From assembly GCA_038882935.1 (NCBI GenBank), contig JAVZNF010000003.1, positions 1-64,000 on the forward strand: DNA of 64,000 nucleotides, given 5' to 3'. The stretch comes from Archaeoglobaceae archaeon. GTDB lineage: Archaea > Halobacteriota > Archaeoglobi > Archaeoglobales > Archaeoglobaceae. A program made the position numbers and the translations under genes. The notes under the pieces are model-generated. The model saw nothing but the letters and a program-made list of their open reading frames with translations, did no database searches and was not told the DNA's origin. Position 1 is the first letter of the stretch. Each line of letters opens with the position of its first letter. Positions 38,198 to 50,577 of this stretch are shown here, one piece after another.

Positions 38198-39709
38198 ATG
38201 TTTAGCTTCATGCTCCCTGAATTTCTCGTGGAGAGAAGAGGGGATCGGTGTATAAAGTGCAGGGTATGCGAGAGACAGTGCGGTTTTGGTGTTCACAGCT
38301 ACGATGAGATGAGCAATACGATGAGAGCTGACGAGATGAAGTGCGTCGGTTGCCAACGTTGTGCGGTGATGTGCCCAACAAAAGCGCTCATCATTCGCCC
38401 TCATCCCTCGGATTATCGCCCCAACGCCAATTGGACAAGAGAAAAAATACAGGACTTGAAGAAGCAAGCTGAAAGCGGTGGAGTTATTTTAACGGGAAGC
38501 GGTTGCGACAAGCCCTATCGCATATACTGGGATCACATCGTGTTGAACGCTGCCCAAGTCACAAATCCAGCAATAGATCCGCTAAGAGAACCAATGGAGC
38601 TTCGAACTTTCCTTGGAAGGAAGCATGACAAGCTTGAGTTCTCTTTTGATGGTGGAGAAGTTGAGCTCGTAACAGAGCTCTATCCGAACGTGCAAATCGA
38701 GACTCCGATCCTATTCTCAGCGATGAGCTACGGAGCTATAAGCTACAACGCCTTCAAAAGTCTTGCGATGGCTGCAAGCGAGTATGGAACTCTTTTCAAC
38801 ACTGGCGAGGGTGGATTGCCAAAAGAACTAAGGAAGTTTGGTAAAAACGCAGTAGTGCAGTGTGCAAGTGGCAGATTTGGTGTTGATCCAGAATACCTGA
38901 ACGTCGCTGCAATTGTGGAGATAAAAATAGGGCAAGGAGCAAAGCCCGGAATCGGTGGTCATTTGCCGGGAGAAAAAGTTACTAAGCCAATCTCTGAGAC
39001 AAGGATGATCCCTGAAGGAACCGACGCGTTATCGCCTGCTCCACAGCATGACATCTATTCGATCGAAGATCTGAGCACGCTCATATATGCTTTGAAAGAA
39101 GCCACGAATTACGAGAAGCCAGTAAGCGTTAAGATTGCAGCGGTTCACAACGTCGCAGCAATTGCAAGTGGTATTGCAAGGGCGGGAGCGGATATAATTG
39201 CAATCGATGGCATTCGAGGAGGCACCGGAGCAGCGCCAAAGATTATAAGAGACAACGTAGGAATTCCAATTGAGCTTGCGATTGCTTCGGTAGATGAAAG
39301 GTTGAGAAGGGAAGGGATAAGAAACAAGGTCTCATTGATCGCTGCGGGAGGCATTAGGAATAGCACAGATGTCGTGAAAGCCATAGCGTTGGGAGCGGAT
39401 GCGGTTTACATTGGCACTCCAGCATTAATTGCGATGGGTTGCACTCTATGCCAGAAGTGCCATACGGGAATTTGCAACTGGGGAATTTGCACACAGGATC
39501 CGCAGTTATCTAAGAGACTGAATCCCGAAATAGCTTCAAAGAGACTTGTAAACCTGTTAAAGGCTTGGAGTAATGAAATAAAGGAGATGCTTGGGGCAAT
39601 GGGAATAAATGCAATCGAAAGTCTGCGAGGCAACAGAGAGATGCTTCGCGGTGTTGGTTTGCAGGAATGGGAGCTCGAAGTTCTCGGTATAAAGGGGGCG
39701 GGAGAATGA
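38198..39709 (+). CDS. gltB: glutamate synthase FMN-binding/synthase domain with an N-terminal 2x[4Fe-4S] ferredoxin domain
   Basis: CIKCRVCERQCG and CVGCQRCAVMCP, the FMN/substrate region GGTGAAP, and the C-terminal 3Fe-4S-type motif CTLCQKCHTGICNWGIC. Confidence 0.88.
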   Translation: MFSFMLPEFLVERRGDRCIKCRVCERQCGFGVHSYDEMSNTMRADEMKCVGCQRCAVMCPTKALIIRPHPSDYRPNANWTREKIQDLKKQAESGGVILTGSGCDKPYRIYWDHIVLNAAQVTNPAIDPLREPMELRTFLGRKHDKLEFSFDGGEVELVTELYPNVQIETPILFSAMSYGAISYNAFKSLAMAASEYGTLFNTGEGGLPKELRKFGKNAVVQCASGRFGVDPEYLNVAAIVEIKIGQGAKPGIGGHLPGEKVTKPISETRMIPEGTDALSPAPQHDIYSIEDLSTLIYALKEATNYEKPVSVKIAAVHNVAAIASGIARAGADIIAIDGIRGGTGAAPKIIRDNVGIPIELAIASVDERLRREGIRNKVSLIAAGGIRNSTDVVKAIALGADAVYIGTPALIAMGCTLCQKCHTGICNWGICTQDPQLSKRLNPEIASKRLVNLLKAWSNEIKEMLGAMGINAIESLRGNREMLRGVGLQEWELEVLGIKGAGE

Positions 39710-40527
39710 AGTTTTACGATCTCTTCCTCGATTTTTCAAGAAAATTAGATGAGTTAATCCCAAGAATTAGAGTCCAAGAAGACGTTGCAGAGATCGATGC
39801 AAAGGATTTGATGCACAAGGAGCTCAACGATCTAATACGTTATGCGGTCTTTGAGCATAACTGCAACAAGATCAGGCTTTTGAATGTCGTGGGACAGAGA
39901 TACATTGGAACGAGGATCTTTTCAAGAAATCCAAGGGAAATAAGCGTTGAAATCTTCGGATGCCCAGGCAATGATCTCGGAGCCTTTCTTGCGGGTCATA
40001 AAATTGTTGTTCACGGCAACGCTCAAGATGGAGTTGGCAACACGATGGACGATGGCGAGATAATAGTCCACGGCAGAGCGGGAGACGTTGTTGCGATGTC
40101 GATGCGTGGCGGTAGAATTATGATCAGAGACGACGTTGGCTATAGAACCGCGATTCACATGAAGGAGTATAAAGAGAAGGTACCAGTGCTTATCGTGGGT
40201 GGAACGAGTCAGGACTTTTTTGGAGAATACATGGCCGGCGGAAGAGTTATTCTCTTAGGGCTTTACAGTGCAAAGCATAGGGGAAGATACATAGGCACTG
40301 GAATGCATGGCGGAATCATCTACGTTCGTGGAAAACTTGAGCCCTGGCAAGTGGGAAGAGAGGTTGGGATTTTAGAGCTAAGTAGCGAGGACTTCAGGTT
40401 TCTTGAAAAGCACGTTGGAGACTTCTGTAAAGAGTTTGGATTCGATGCAGACGAGGTCCTCGGAGATAAATTCTTAAAGCTTTTACCTGTGTCAAAGAGA
40501 CCATACGGAAACGTATACGTCTACTAA
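39706..40527 (+). CDS. gltB: glutamate synthase GXGXG structural domain
   Basis: Repeated GXGXG beta-helix motifs (GCPGNDLGAF, VHGNAQDGVGNTM, VHGRAGDVVAMSM, VGGTSQDFFGEYM). ATGA overlap with the preceding gene. Confidence 0.85.
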   Translation: MKFYDLFLDFSRKLDELIPRIRVQEDVAEIDAKDLMHKELNDLIRYAVFEHNCNKIRLLNVVGQRYIGTRIFSRNPREISVEIFGCPGNDLGAFLAGHKIVVHGNAQDGVGNTMDDGEIIVHGRAGDVVAMSMRGGRIMIRDDVGYRTAIHMKEYKEKVPVLIVGGTSQDFFGEYMAGGRVILLGLYSAKHRGRYIGTGMHGGIIYVRGKLEPWQVGREVGILELSSEDFRFLEKHVGDFCKEFGFDADEVLGDKFLKLLPVSKRPYGNVYVY

Positions 40528-40528
40528 T

Positions 40529-41212
40529 ATGAGAGCCCTTGCAATCAGACATGTTGAAATAGAGCATCTGGGATTACTTGAAAGAGTTCTTGAAGCTCTA
40601 AATTTCGAATTTGAATACCTTGACGCTTATAAGAATCAATCCTTAAACCGCAGTATTCGAGATTACTCGCTCGTTGTCGTTCTTGGAGGACCGATGGGTG
40701 CCTATGAAGAAGAACTCTATCCTTTCCTAAAGCGGGAGTTCCATATAATTGCAGAAGCGATAAAAAATAGAATTCCTTTGCTCGGGATATGCCTTGGAGC
40801 GCAGATGATTGCAAAAACTCTTGGAGCTAAAGTTTACAGAGGCGAGAATGGAAAAGAAATTGGATGGATTAATGTTCGTAAAGTGGCAAATCACGAGCTT
40901 TTTTCTGAATTCCCAGATGAGCTTAGAGTTTTGCAATGGCATCAGGACACGTTTGATTTGCCAAATGGAGCTCACAGAATTTATTCTTCCAAAAAATACG
41001 CGAATCAAGCATTCGTTTTCGATAAAGCGGTAGGTTTACAGTTCCACATTGAAGTAACGAGGGAGATGGTTAAACAGTGGGCCGAAGTTTACAGCGATGA
41101 TTTGAGCAATGAAGGCTTAAGCAAAGAAGAAATTCTTGAATACTCGAAGAGGGATGAAAAGTTCAATGCGGAAATGATAGAGAGTTTAATCTCAAGACTG
41201 CTCAATTTTTAG
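40529..41212 (+). CDS. class-I glutamine amidotransferase-like protein
   Basis: 227 aa. LLGICLGAQMIA is the G-x-C-x-G nucleophile elbow, and the His/Glu region LQFHIEVT follows. It starts 2 nt after the gltB3 stop. Confidence 0.75.
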   Translation: MRALAIRHVEIEHLGLLERVLEALNFEFEYLDAYKNQSLNRSIRDYSLVVVLGGPMGAYEEELYPFLKREFHIIAEAIKNRIPLLGICLGAQMIAKTLGAKVYRGENGKEIGWINVRKVANHELFSEFPDELRVLQWHQDTFDLPNGAHRIYSSKKYANQAFVFDKAVGLQFHIEVTREMVKQWAEVYSDDLSNEGLSKEEILEYSKRDEKFNAEMIESLISRLLNF

Positions 41213-41456
41213 ACTTCTACGACCTTATCTCGGCTTAATCCTCGGCCTTCAATTTTGCGTAACCCTGACAAATTATCGCTCTGGGAGAGCTTAAACTCCT
41301 AAAAGCTGATTGAATAATCGCAATATTGGATGAGTATATTTTAAATTTCCTCAATTTTTTGAGATATTTCTCATACAAACACAGAAAATTGCCCTTTAAC
41401 TTAAAAATTCTTTATATGTGTTTATCTGTATTGGTTAAAGTCTATTAGTTTGGAAC

Positions 41457-41464
41457 GTATATAA
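41457..41464 (+). promoter_or_regulatory. TATA box (tatataac) about 55 nt upstream of the ATG at 41518, within a 275-bp AT-rich intergenic region
   Basis: Read directly: ggaacgtatataaccaaaaaattttt. Confidence 0.4.
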
Positions 41465-41517
41465 CCAAAAAATTTTTATGCTTACCAATGTCAAGATCGC
41501 GAGACGGAGGTGGTAAA

Positions 41518-43122
41518 ATGGAGAGAGTACAGATGAATTCGGCATACCTGAATGCGATGTCCACTACTGGCACAAGGACGAGAGTTCGCGACGTGAATCC
41601 GCAAAGTGGAATGTGCCCAATTTGCGTCAGCGACTGCCCGTTTATCTGCGAAATTGCTCTTTCGACCTTCAGAGCAAACGAAGCTTTGTATCCGGAGCCA
41701 AAGTATTTTGGCGAGAGCACAGCTTCTTCGCTAAAAGACTACGGCTTGGACTGGGCGCACTTCAATTTACTTCCAAGGCTTAGGGGTGCTGAGGGCATTG
41801 AGCCGGATCCAGACCTTGCGATTTTCCCCAACGCGAGCGTTGAGTCAAAGATCGGAAAAACTAAAGTGAGATTCCCGCTTGCAATGGGTGCGTTTGGTTC
41901 AACTGAAGTTGCGCGCCGCTACTGGGACGGACTCGCTGTTGGTGCCGCCTTGGCTGGTTGTATTCTCATAATCGGCGAAAACGTCTGCGGAGTTGATCCA
42001 AAGTCGGAATTCAAGGATGGAAAAGTCGTGAGATCGCCAGAAATGGAAAGAAGAGTTAAGAAGTTCAAGGAATTCTGGGATGGGAAGTATGGAGACATAG
42101 TAGTGCAGGTAAACGTTGAGGACACCCGCTTTGGTGTTTACGAATACGTTGTTTCGAAGCTCGAAGTTGATACTGTTGAGATCAAGTGGGGACAAGGAGC
42201 GAAGGCTATAGGCGGAGAGATTAGAGTAAGAGATTTGCAAAGGGCGATTGAGCTAAAGAAGAGGGGCTACGTTGTTCTGCCCGATCCCGAGGATCCAGTG
42301 GTTCAGCAGGCTTTCAAGGATGGTGTAATTGATGGCTTTGAGAGGCACAGCAGAGTTGGAATGCCCACAGAGAAGGGGCTTGAGGAGTTCGTTGAAGAGA
42401 TCCGTGACTTAGGGGCGAAGAGTGTTACACTAAAAACGGGTGCTTATCGTCCAGAAGATGTTGCATGGCAGATGAAGGCTGCAAGTGAGGCAGAAGTGGA
42501 TTACGTAACCTTCGATGGTGCGGGCGGCGGAACTGGAATGAGTCCAGTACCAATGATGAATGAGATGGGGATTCCAACGGTTTACCTCGAAGCTCTCGTG
42601 CTCAAGGCTGCGAGAAAGCTGAAGGAAAAGGGCAGATATGTGCCCGACATAAGCATAGCTGGTGGCTTCATCAACGAGACCCAGATCCTTAAAGCCATAG
42701 CGATGAGCAACTTCGGAGATGGACCAATAGTGAAGACAGTTACAACTGGAAGAGCACCATTGACTGCGGTTATGAAGTCTGAATACTTCGTAAAGCTTGC
42801 AAAAGAGGGCAAGTTGCCGAAGAGCTTTACCGAAGTTTATGGCGACAAGCCAGATAAGTTCTTCGCCCTTGCAGATGAATTCAAGGCTAAGTTTGGTGAA
42901 AAGATTGGCAACGCAATTCCATGGAGCGCGGTAGGGCTTTACAGCTATGTTTACAGGATGAGCGTTGGTATGAAGCAGTTGCTCGCTGGAATGCGAAAAT
43001 TCAAGCTTGAACTTGCAAATCGAAACGATCTCGCCGCTTTGTCGCCGTTGGCAAGCGAAGTTACTGGAATTCCAATGATTCACAAAGTTGACGAGCAGAT
43101 CTTTGATAGCATTCTAAGTTAA
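41518..43122 (+). CDS. stand-alone glutamate synthase FMN-domain paralog (GltB2-like, archaeal 'gltB' type)
   Basis: FDGAGGGTGMSP and the N-terminal Cys motif CPICVSDCPFICE. The start is taken at MERVQMN; the MSRSRDGGGK extension is doubtful. Confidence 0.75.
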   Translation: MERVQMNSAYLNAMSTTGTRTRVRDVNPQSGMCPICVSDCPFICEIALSTFRANEALYPEPKYFGESTASSLKDYGLDWAHFNLLPRLRGAEGIEPDPDLAIFPNASVESKIGKTKVRFPLAMGAFGSTEVARRYWDGLAVGAALAGCILIIGENVCGVDPKSEFKDGKVVRSPEMERRVKKFKEFWDGKYGDIVVQVNVEDTRFGVYEYVVSKLEVDTVEIKWGQGAKAIGGEIRVRDLQRAIELKKRGYVVLPDPEDPVVQQAFKDGVIDGFERHSRVGMPTEKGLEEFVEEIRDLGAKSVTLKTGAYRPEDVAWQMKAASEAEVDYVTFDGAGGGTGMSPVPMMNEMGIPTVYLEALVLKAARKLKEKGRYVPDISIAGGFINETQILKAIAMSNFGDGPIVKTVTTGRAPLTAVMKSEYFVKLAKEGKLPKSFTEVYGDKPDKFFALADEFKAKFGEKIGNAIPWSAVGLYSYVYRMSVGMKQLLAGMRKFKLELANRNDLAALSPLASEVTGIPMIHKVDEQIFDSILS

Positions 43123-43145
43123 TTTTTTTCTTTTAAATTTTAAGT
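43123..43145 (+). terminator. oligo-T terminator
   Basis: The tract tttttttcttttaaatttt follows directly after the stop codon. Confidence 0.45.
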
Positions 43146-43364
43146 TTTCTGGCTTATGAAAATAACTTCGACCTTCTCTCCTCCCTGCTTCGTGAGGCGA
43201 TTTGAGCACGCTATTATACCTCTAGGAAGAAAAATGCTTCAGTCGGAAGAGTACTGGTCTCATTTCTGTATAGAACAGGATAATAGATCTAAAAGGTCTT
43301 TCTTAAACCAAAATTTTATTTTTCTTGCAAACCCCAATTTCGAAAAAATGTCAAGGGATCCAGA

Positions 43365-44909
43365 ATGAGATACGACACAATATTGGTTTTGGACTTTGGA
43401 GGGCAATACTGTCACCTCATAGGAAGACGTGTAAGAGAGCACGGAGTGTACTCTGAAATTGTTCCCCACGACATAAGTGTAGAAGAGGTCAGAGCTCTGA
43501 ACGAGAAGTTCAACGTCAAAGGTCTGATCCTATCCGGTGGACCTGCAAGTGTTTTCGAAAAGAACGCCCCAAAAGTGGATAAAAAAATCTTAGATCTCGA
43601 ATTGCCCATTTTGGGCCTGTGCTACGGGCACCAGCTTATAGCTCACTTGGCAAATGGAAAAGTTGGACCCGCAAACGTAAAGGAGTTCGGTGTCGCATAT
43701 GCAATCATAGAAAAGCCTGTTGGAGTTCTAAAGGGCTTAAATAGAATAGAAAAAGTTTGGATGAGCCACAGCGACGTTGTTTTTTCAATTCCTCCCGAAT
43801 TCGAAGTTTTAGCGCACACCGAAAACTGTCCAGTTGCTGCATTTAGGCATAAAGAAAAACCGATTTATGGATTGCAATGGCATCCAGAAGTCATTCACAC
43901 TGAGAAGGGCATGCAGATGATTCGAAACTTTCTCTTTGAAGTGTGCGGTTGCGAAGCCAATTGGAAGATGGAAGATATCATCGACCGGATGGTCGAAGAG
44001 ATTAAGGCGGAGGTCGGAGATGGTAAGGCAATAATAGCGTTAAGCGGAGGTATAGATTCGAGTGTCGCTGCTATGATTGCCGCAAAAGCCATAGGAAACA
44101 GATTAACAGCAGTTTTTGTTGATCACGGTTTCATGAGGGAAAATGAGCCAGAGTTCGTGAAGAACACTTTCCAACAGTTTAAGATGAATCTCGTAGTCGT
44201 TGATGCGAGAGAGAGATTTCTAAAAAGGCTTAGAGGCGTAGTTGACCCGGAAATGAAGCGGAAGATCATAGGCGAAGAGTTTGTCCGAGTTTTTGAGGAA
44301 GAGGCAGAAAAGGCTGGTGCGGAGTATTTAATCCAAGGAACGATATACCCAGATAGAATAGAGTCGGGAATTAGGAAGTTCTCGGATAAAATAAAGAGTC
44401 ACCACAACGTTGCAGGGATTCCGGCACGTATTAAGTTTAAGAAGATTGTCGAGCCTTTGCGAGATCTCTACAAAGACGAGGTTAGGAAGATCGCAAAACT
44501 ACTCGGACTGCCAGACGAGATCGTTTTTAGGCAACCTTTTCCTGGCCCAGGGCTGGCTGTGAGGGTAATTGGGGAATTAACTGAGGAAAAGCTTGAGATC
44601 GTAAGGAAGGCGGACAAAATCGTGCGAGAAGAGATTGAAAGAAGTGGCTTGAGAGACAAGCTTTGGCAGTATTTTGCGGTTTTAACAGACACGAAGACGA
44701 CTGGGGTTAAAGGTGACGCCAGAGCTTATGGATACGTCGTCGCGGTTAGAGTCGTGGAGAGCAAAGAAGCCATGACTGCGAGCTTTGCAAAAATCCCATA
44801 CGAGGTGCTGGAAAAAATCTCGACGAGGATAACCAACGAAATCCCACAGGTTACAAGAGTGGTTTACGACATAACGCACAAACCGCCCGCAACGATAGAG
44901 TGGGAGTAA
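43365..44909 (+). CDS. guaA: GMP synthase (glutamine-hydrolysing), fused GATase and ATP-pyrophosphatase domains
   Basis: 514 aa. [20 protein letters not shown]...LGLCYGHQL is the GATase part and SGGIDSSV is the PP-loop. The C-terminal end is conserved. Confidence 0.92.
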   Translation: MRYDTILVLDFGGQYCHLIGRRVREHGVYSEIVPHDISVEEVRALNEKFNVKGLILSGGPASVFEKNAPKVDKKILDLELPILGLCYGHQLIAHLANGKVGPANVKEFGVAYAIIEKPVGVLKGLNRIEKVWMSHSDVVFSIPPEFEVLAHTENCPVAAFRHKEKPIYGLQWHPEVIHTEKGMQMIRNFLFEVCGCEANWKMEDIIDRMVEEIKAEVGDGKAIIALSGGIDSSVAAMIAAKAIGNRLTAVFVDHGFMRENEPEFVKNTFQQFKMNLVVVDARERFLKRLRGVVDPEMKRKIIGEEFVRVFEEEAEKAGAEYLIQGTIYPDRIESGIRKFSDKIKSHHNVAGIPARIKFKKIVEPLRDLYKDEVRKIAKLLGLPDEIVFRQPFPGPGLAVRVIGELTEEKLEIVRKADKIVREEIERSGLRDKLWQYFAVLTDTKTTGVKGDARAYGYVVAVRVVESKEAMTASFAKIPYEVLEKISTRITNEIPQVTRVVYDITHKPPATIEWE

Positions 44910-44933
44910 AAAAGATGATCCAAAAAATAAAAA

Positions 44934-45455
44934 TCACTCAACTTTTATCTTCTTCCCAGCTCCAGCTTTCTTTACCAAGGTAACTTCGAGAACTCCGTTG
45001 TTGTATCTCGCTCTCGCAGAGTCTGGGTCGACTTCTGCTGGTAGGTTCACGATCTCGTGATACTTCCTGCTTTCCCCTTCTGCTTTGATCTCGAGAGATC
45101 TCTCCGTAGCTTTGAGCTCGATGTCTTCCTTCCTCACCCCGGGCATCTCTGCGATCACTTGGACTTCGTTATCAGTCTCGATCACATCAACCAACGGCTT
45201 TCTCTCCTCGATTCCGGTTTCCTTGATCAAAGGCTTAGTTCCGAACTCCCTTATCTCTGGCTTTCCATCAGGACCGATTCTTATGGAGAATCCACGAACT
45301 ATTGGTTTGAACTCGCCAACCTCCCCAAATCTGAACGCCCTCTCGATGTCCCTCATCATTCTCCTAAATACCTCGTCGAACTCCGCAAACGGATCCCAGC
45401 CCCAGAAGTCTTCGTCATCTTCTTCCCTATCCTTCCTTCTCCTCCTCCAAACCAT
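44934..45455 (-). CDS. hsp20: small heat shock protein (Hsp20/alpha-crystallin)
   Basis: VIAEMPGVRKEDIELKATERSLEIKAEG...ARYNNGVLEVTL is an alpha-crystallin domain. Confidence 0.9.
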   Translation of the reverse strand: MVWRRRRKDREEDDEDFWGWDPFAEFDEVFRRMMRDIERAFRFGEVGEFKPIVRGFSIRIGPDGKPEIREFGTKPLIKETGIEERKPLVDVIETDNEVQVIAEMPGVRKEDIELKATERSLEIKAEGESRKYHEIVNLPAEVDPDSARARYNNGVLEVTLVKKAGAGKKIKVE

Positions 45456-45466
45456 ACATCATCACC

Positions 45467-48495
<3,029 letters not shown>

Positions 48496-48508
48496 CCGAT
48501 CACCGTTA

Positions 48509-48523
48509 CTAACTAAGTGTTAG
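48509..48523. promoter_or_regulatory. palindromic operator CTAAC-N5-GTTAG (HSR1 binding-site type), 14-28 bp upstream of the hsr1 start
   Basis: The sequence ctaactaagtgttag is read directly. The same motif class was reported for A. fulgidus HSR1 targets. Confidence 0.65.
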
Positions 48524-48530
48524 TGAATTT

Positions 48531-48540
48531 AGTATATAAA
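48531..48540. promoter_or_regulatory. TATA element (agtatataaa) in the 87-bp divergent intergenic region, usable by hsr1 (-) and by the enoyl-CoA hydratase gene (+)
   Basis: Read directly. It lies 36-45 bp from the hsr1 ATG and 43-52 bp from the + strand ATG at 48583. Confidence 0.5.
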
Positions 48541-48582
48541 CTTTTCGGTCCAGCTATTAAATACGAGGATAGAGTTGATAGT

Positions 48583-49344
48583 ATGAGTCTAATTTCAATT
48601 GAAAAAAGATCCCATACGCTGATCGTTACGCTGAACAGAGCAGAAAAGAGAAATGCGATAAACTTCGAAATGGCTGAGGAACTTGAAAGAGTTTGGAGAG
48701 ACTTCGAAGAAGACGATGAGATATATGTGGGGATAATAACTGGCGCTGGAGGTAACTTCTGCTCAGGGGCGGATTTGAGCGATCTGGAAAGACTTGCAAA
48801 CAGAGTTTTGAATGAAAACGGACCGCTTGGCTTTACAAGGGCGATTCCATCCAAACCCGTGATCTCTGCAATCTCCGGCTATTGCGTCGCTGGTGGACTT
48901 GAGATTGCTCTCTGGACTGATATCAGAATAGCCGACGAAACTGCTAAATTTGGAGTTCTAAATAGAAGATTTGGCGTTCCGCTAATCGATGGTGGAACGC
49001 AAAGGCTGCCAAGAATTGTTGGTTTAGGCAATGCGCTGGATCTAATTTTGACTGGGAAGCTAATTGACGTAAAGGAAGCCTACAGAATAGGACTCGTGAA
49101 TGAGGTTGTTCCTAAGGGTCTAGCATTAAAAAGGGCTTTAGAAGTTGCGGAGATGCTCTGCTCTTACCCACAGTTGGCAATGAAAAATGACAGAAAAGCA
49201 GTCTATCTCGGGCTCGGGATGGGGCTGGAAAAAGGCTTGGAGATCGAAGCCAAGCTGGGGGTTGAAACAATACGGAATGACGCTGTTCTCCAACAAGCGA
49301 AGAAGTTCTTCGAGGGAAAAGGCAGACACGGCAAGATCGATTAA
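48583..49344 (+). CDS. enoyl-CoA hydratase/isomerase (crotonase fold)
   Basis: VTLNRAEKRNAIN...GAGGNFCSGADL...AISGYCVAGGLEIAL. The start is taken at MSLISIEK. Confidence 0.85.
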   Translation: MSLISIEKRSHTLIVTLNRAEKRNAINFEMAEELERVWRDFEEDDEIYVGIITGAGGNFCSGADLSDLERLANRVLNENGPLGFTRAIPSKPVISAISGYCVAGGLEIALWTDIRIADETAKFGVLNRRFGVPLIDGGTQRLPRIVGLGNALDLILTGKLIDVKEAYRIGLVNEVVPKGLALKRALEVAEMLCSYPQLAMKNDRKAVYLGLGMGLEKGLEIEAKLGVETIRNDAVLQQAKKFFEGKGRHGKID

Positions 49345-49449
49345 AAATTCCAGCGAAGTTTATCATGCGACATCTTAAATACAAGATCGGAAATTACGGC
49401 AGTTCTTCCCAAACGGAAAAGCCTTATATACAAATTCCAGAGTTAATCC

Positions 49450-50055
49450 ATGGATGTGCTGTTAAATCCTGACAAATTTTTCATGGAGCACAAAGAGATG
49501 AGTTTTAAGCTCCCAATTGCGATTGTGGCAATCTCTGCAATTGTCTCGGCGACTTCAGCCTACTCAGCTTCTCAGATTATCTTTAAGACGCTGCCAATCG
49601 AATCAGGAGGCCTAAATCTTCTTCCACTTTTCTCTGCGTTTGCTGCGATTTCCGCGTTTCTGGGCGCATTTCTGTTCTGGGTGGTATTCGCTGTGATTCT
49701 CTACGCCATATCTGCGATATTCAAGGGTAAAGGTAACTTCACAACTCTGATGAAGTTCTTAGCCTTCAGCTTCATTCCCTCGATAATACTCAGCCCAATT
49801 TATCTATACCTCAACGCAGAGCTCCTCGGATCGCCGACAATGGAGAATCTCTACGCAATCGTGATCTTCTCGGCTGTAGTAGCACTTTGGCAATTCATCT
49901 ACTTCGTTTTCGCAGTTAAAAACGCAAGAGAACTCAGCGTTAAGAAATCTGCGATTGTCTGCGCAATCCCACTCGTGCTCTGGTTTGCCTACTCGATCTA
50001 CTCACTTCAAAACCAACTCGAAGTTCTGCAAATGCTGAAAAGTCTTCAAATCTAA
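49450..50055 (+). CDS. Yip1-like polytopic membrane protein
   Basis: 201 aa with 5 TM helices. Confidence 0.5.
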   Translation: MDVLLNPDKFFMEHKEMSFKLPIAIVAISAIVSATSAYSASQIIFKTLPIESGGLNLLPLFSAFAAISAFLGAFLFWVVFAVILYAISAIFKGKGNFTTLMKFLAFSFIPSIILSPIYLYLNAELLGSPTMENLYAIVIFSAVVALWQFIYFVFAVKNARELSVKKSAIVCAIPLVLWFAYSIYSLQNQLEVLQMLKSLQI

Positions 50056-50057
50056 TT

Positions 50058-50558
50058 ATGTGTGTGCTCACCGCTGAAGAAATAAGGAGGAGAATCGAAT
50101 CTGGACTCATAAGCAATTACATCGAACTCGAGACTCAACTGCAACCGAATGGGTTCGATTGCACCCTGAGGAGCATTAGAAGACTAAAATCTGCTGGAAA
50201 AATTGACTTCAGCAACACAGAGCGAGTGATTTCAGAGAGCGAAGAGATGGCGTTCGAAGACTGGGTTTATCTAAGCCCTGGAGTGTACAAAGCGATTCTC
50301 AACGAAGTCGTTCGACTTGGCAACGATTTAATGGCGATAGCAAAGCCGAGGAGTTCTCTCCTGCGATGCGGCGTGAGCATTGAAACCGCCGTTTGGGATG
50401 CTGGATACGAAGGGAGAAGTGAAGTTCTCCTGGTTGTCCATAACCCCCACGGAGTCTGGTTGAAAAAGAACGCAAGAATTCTGCAGCTGATCTTTATAAA
50501 ACTCTGCTCAACAACGCACGGTTACAGCGGGGCATACAAGTTCGAGAACATATTTTAA
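50058..50558 (+). CDS. dcd: dUTPase-superfamily enzyme (dCTP deaminase / dUTPase)
   Basis: 166 aa. AVWDAGYEGRSEVLL matches the GxIDxGYxG motif of trimeric dUTPase/Dcd. Confidence 0.65.
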   Translation: MCVLTAEEIRRRIESGLISNYIELETQLQPNGFDCTLRSIRRLKSAGKIDFSNTERVISESEEMAFEDWVYLSPGVYKAILNEVVRLGNDLMAIAKPRSSLLRCGVSIETAVWDAGYEGRSEVLLVVHNPHGVWLKKNARILQLIFIKLCSTTHGYSGAYKFENIF

Positions 50559-50577
50559 GCTGTGAGCAACTTCAAAT

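Noticed and set aside
41445-41720. 91-aa - strand ORF spanning the promoter and start of the GltB2 paralog
   Set aside because: It overlaps the AT-rich promoter and the conserved N-terminus of the + strand gene, and has no coding signal.
43156-43368. 70-aa ORF in the guaA upstream region
   Set aside because: It contains an oligo-T terminator and AT-rich promoter-like sequence. The protein has no features and the codon usage is poor.
49450-50558. Possible nucleotide-depletion defence module (membrane protein + dCTP deaminase-like)
   Set aside because: The enzyme is a short canonical dUTPase/Dcd with the GxIDxGYxG motif and sits among pyrimidine genes (pyrD, surE), so a housekeeping dut/dcd is the simpler explanation.
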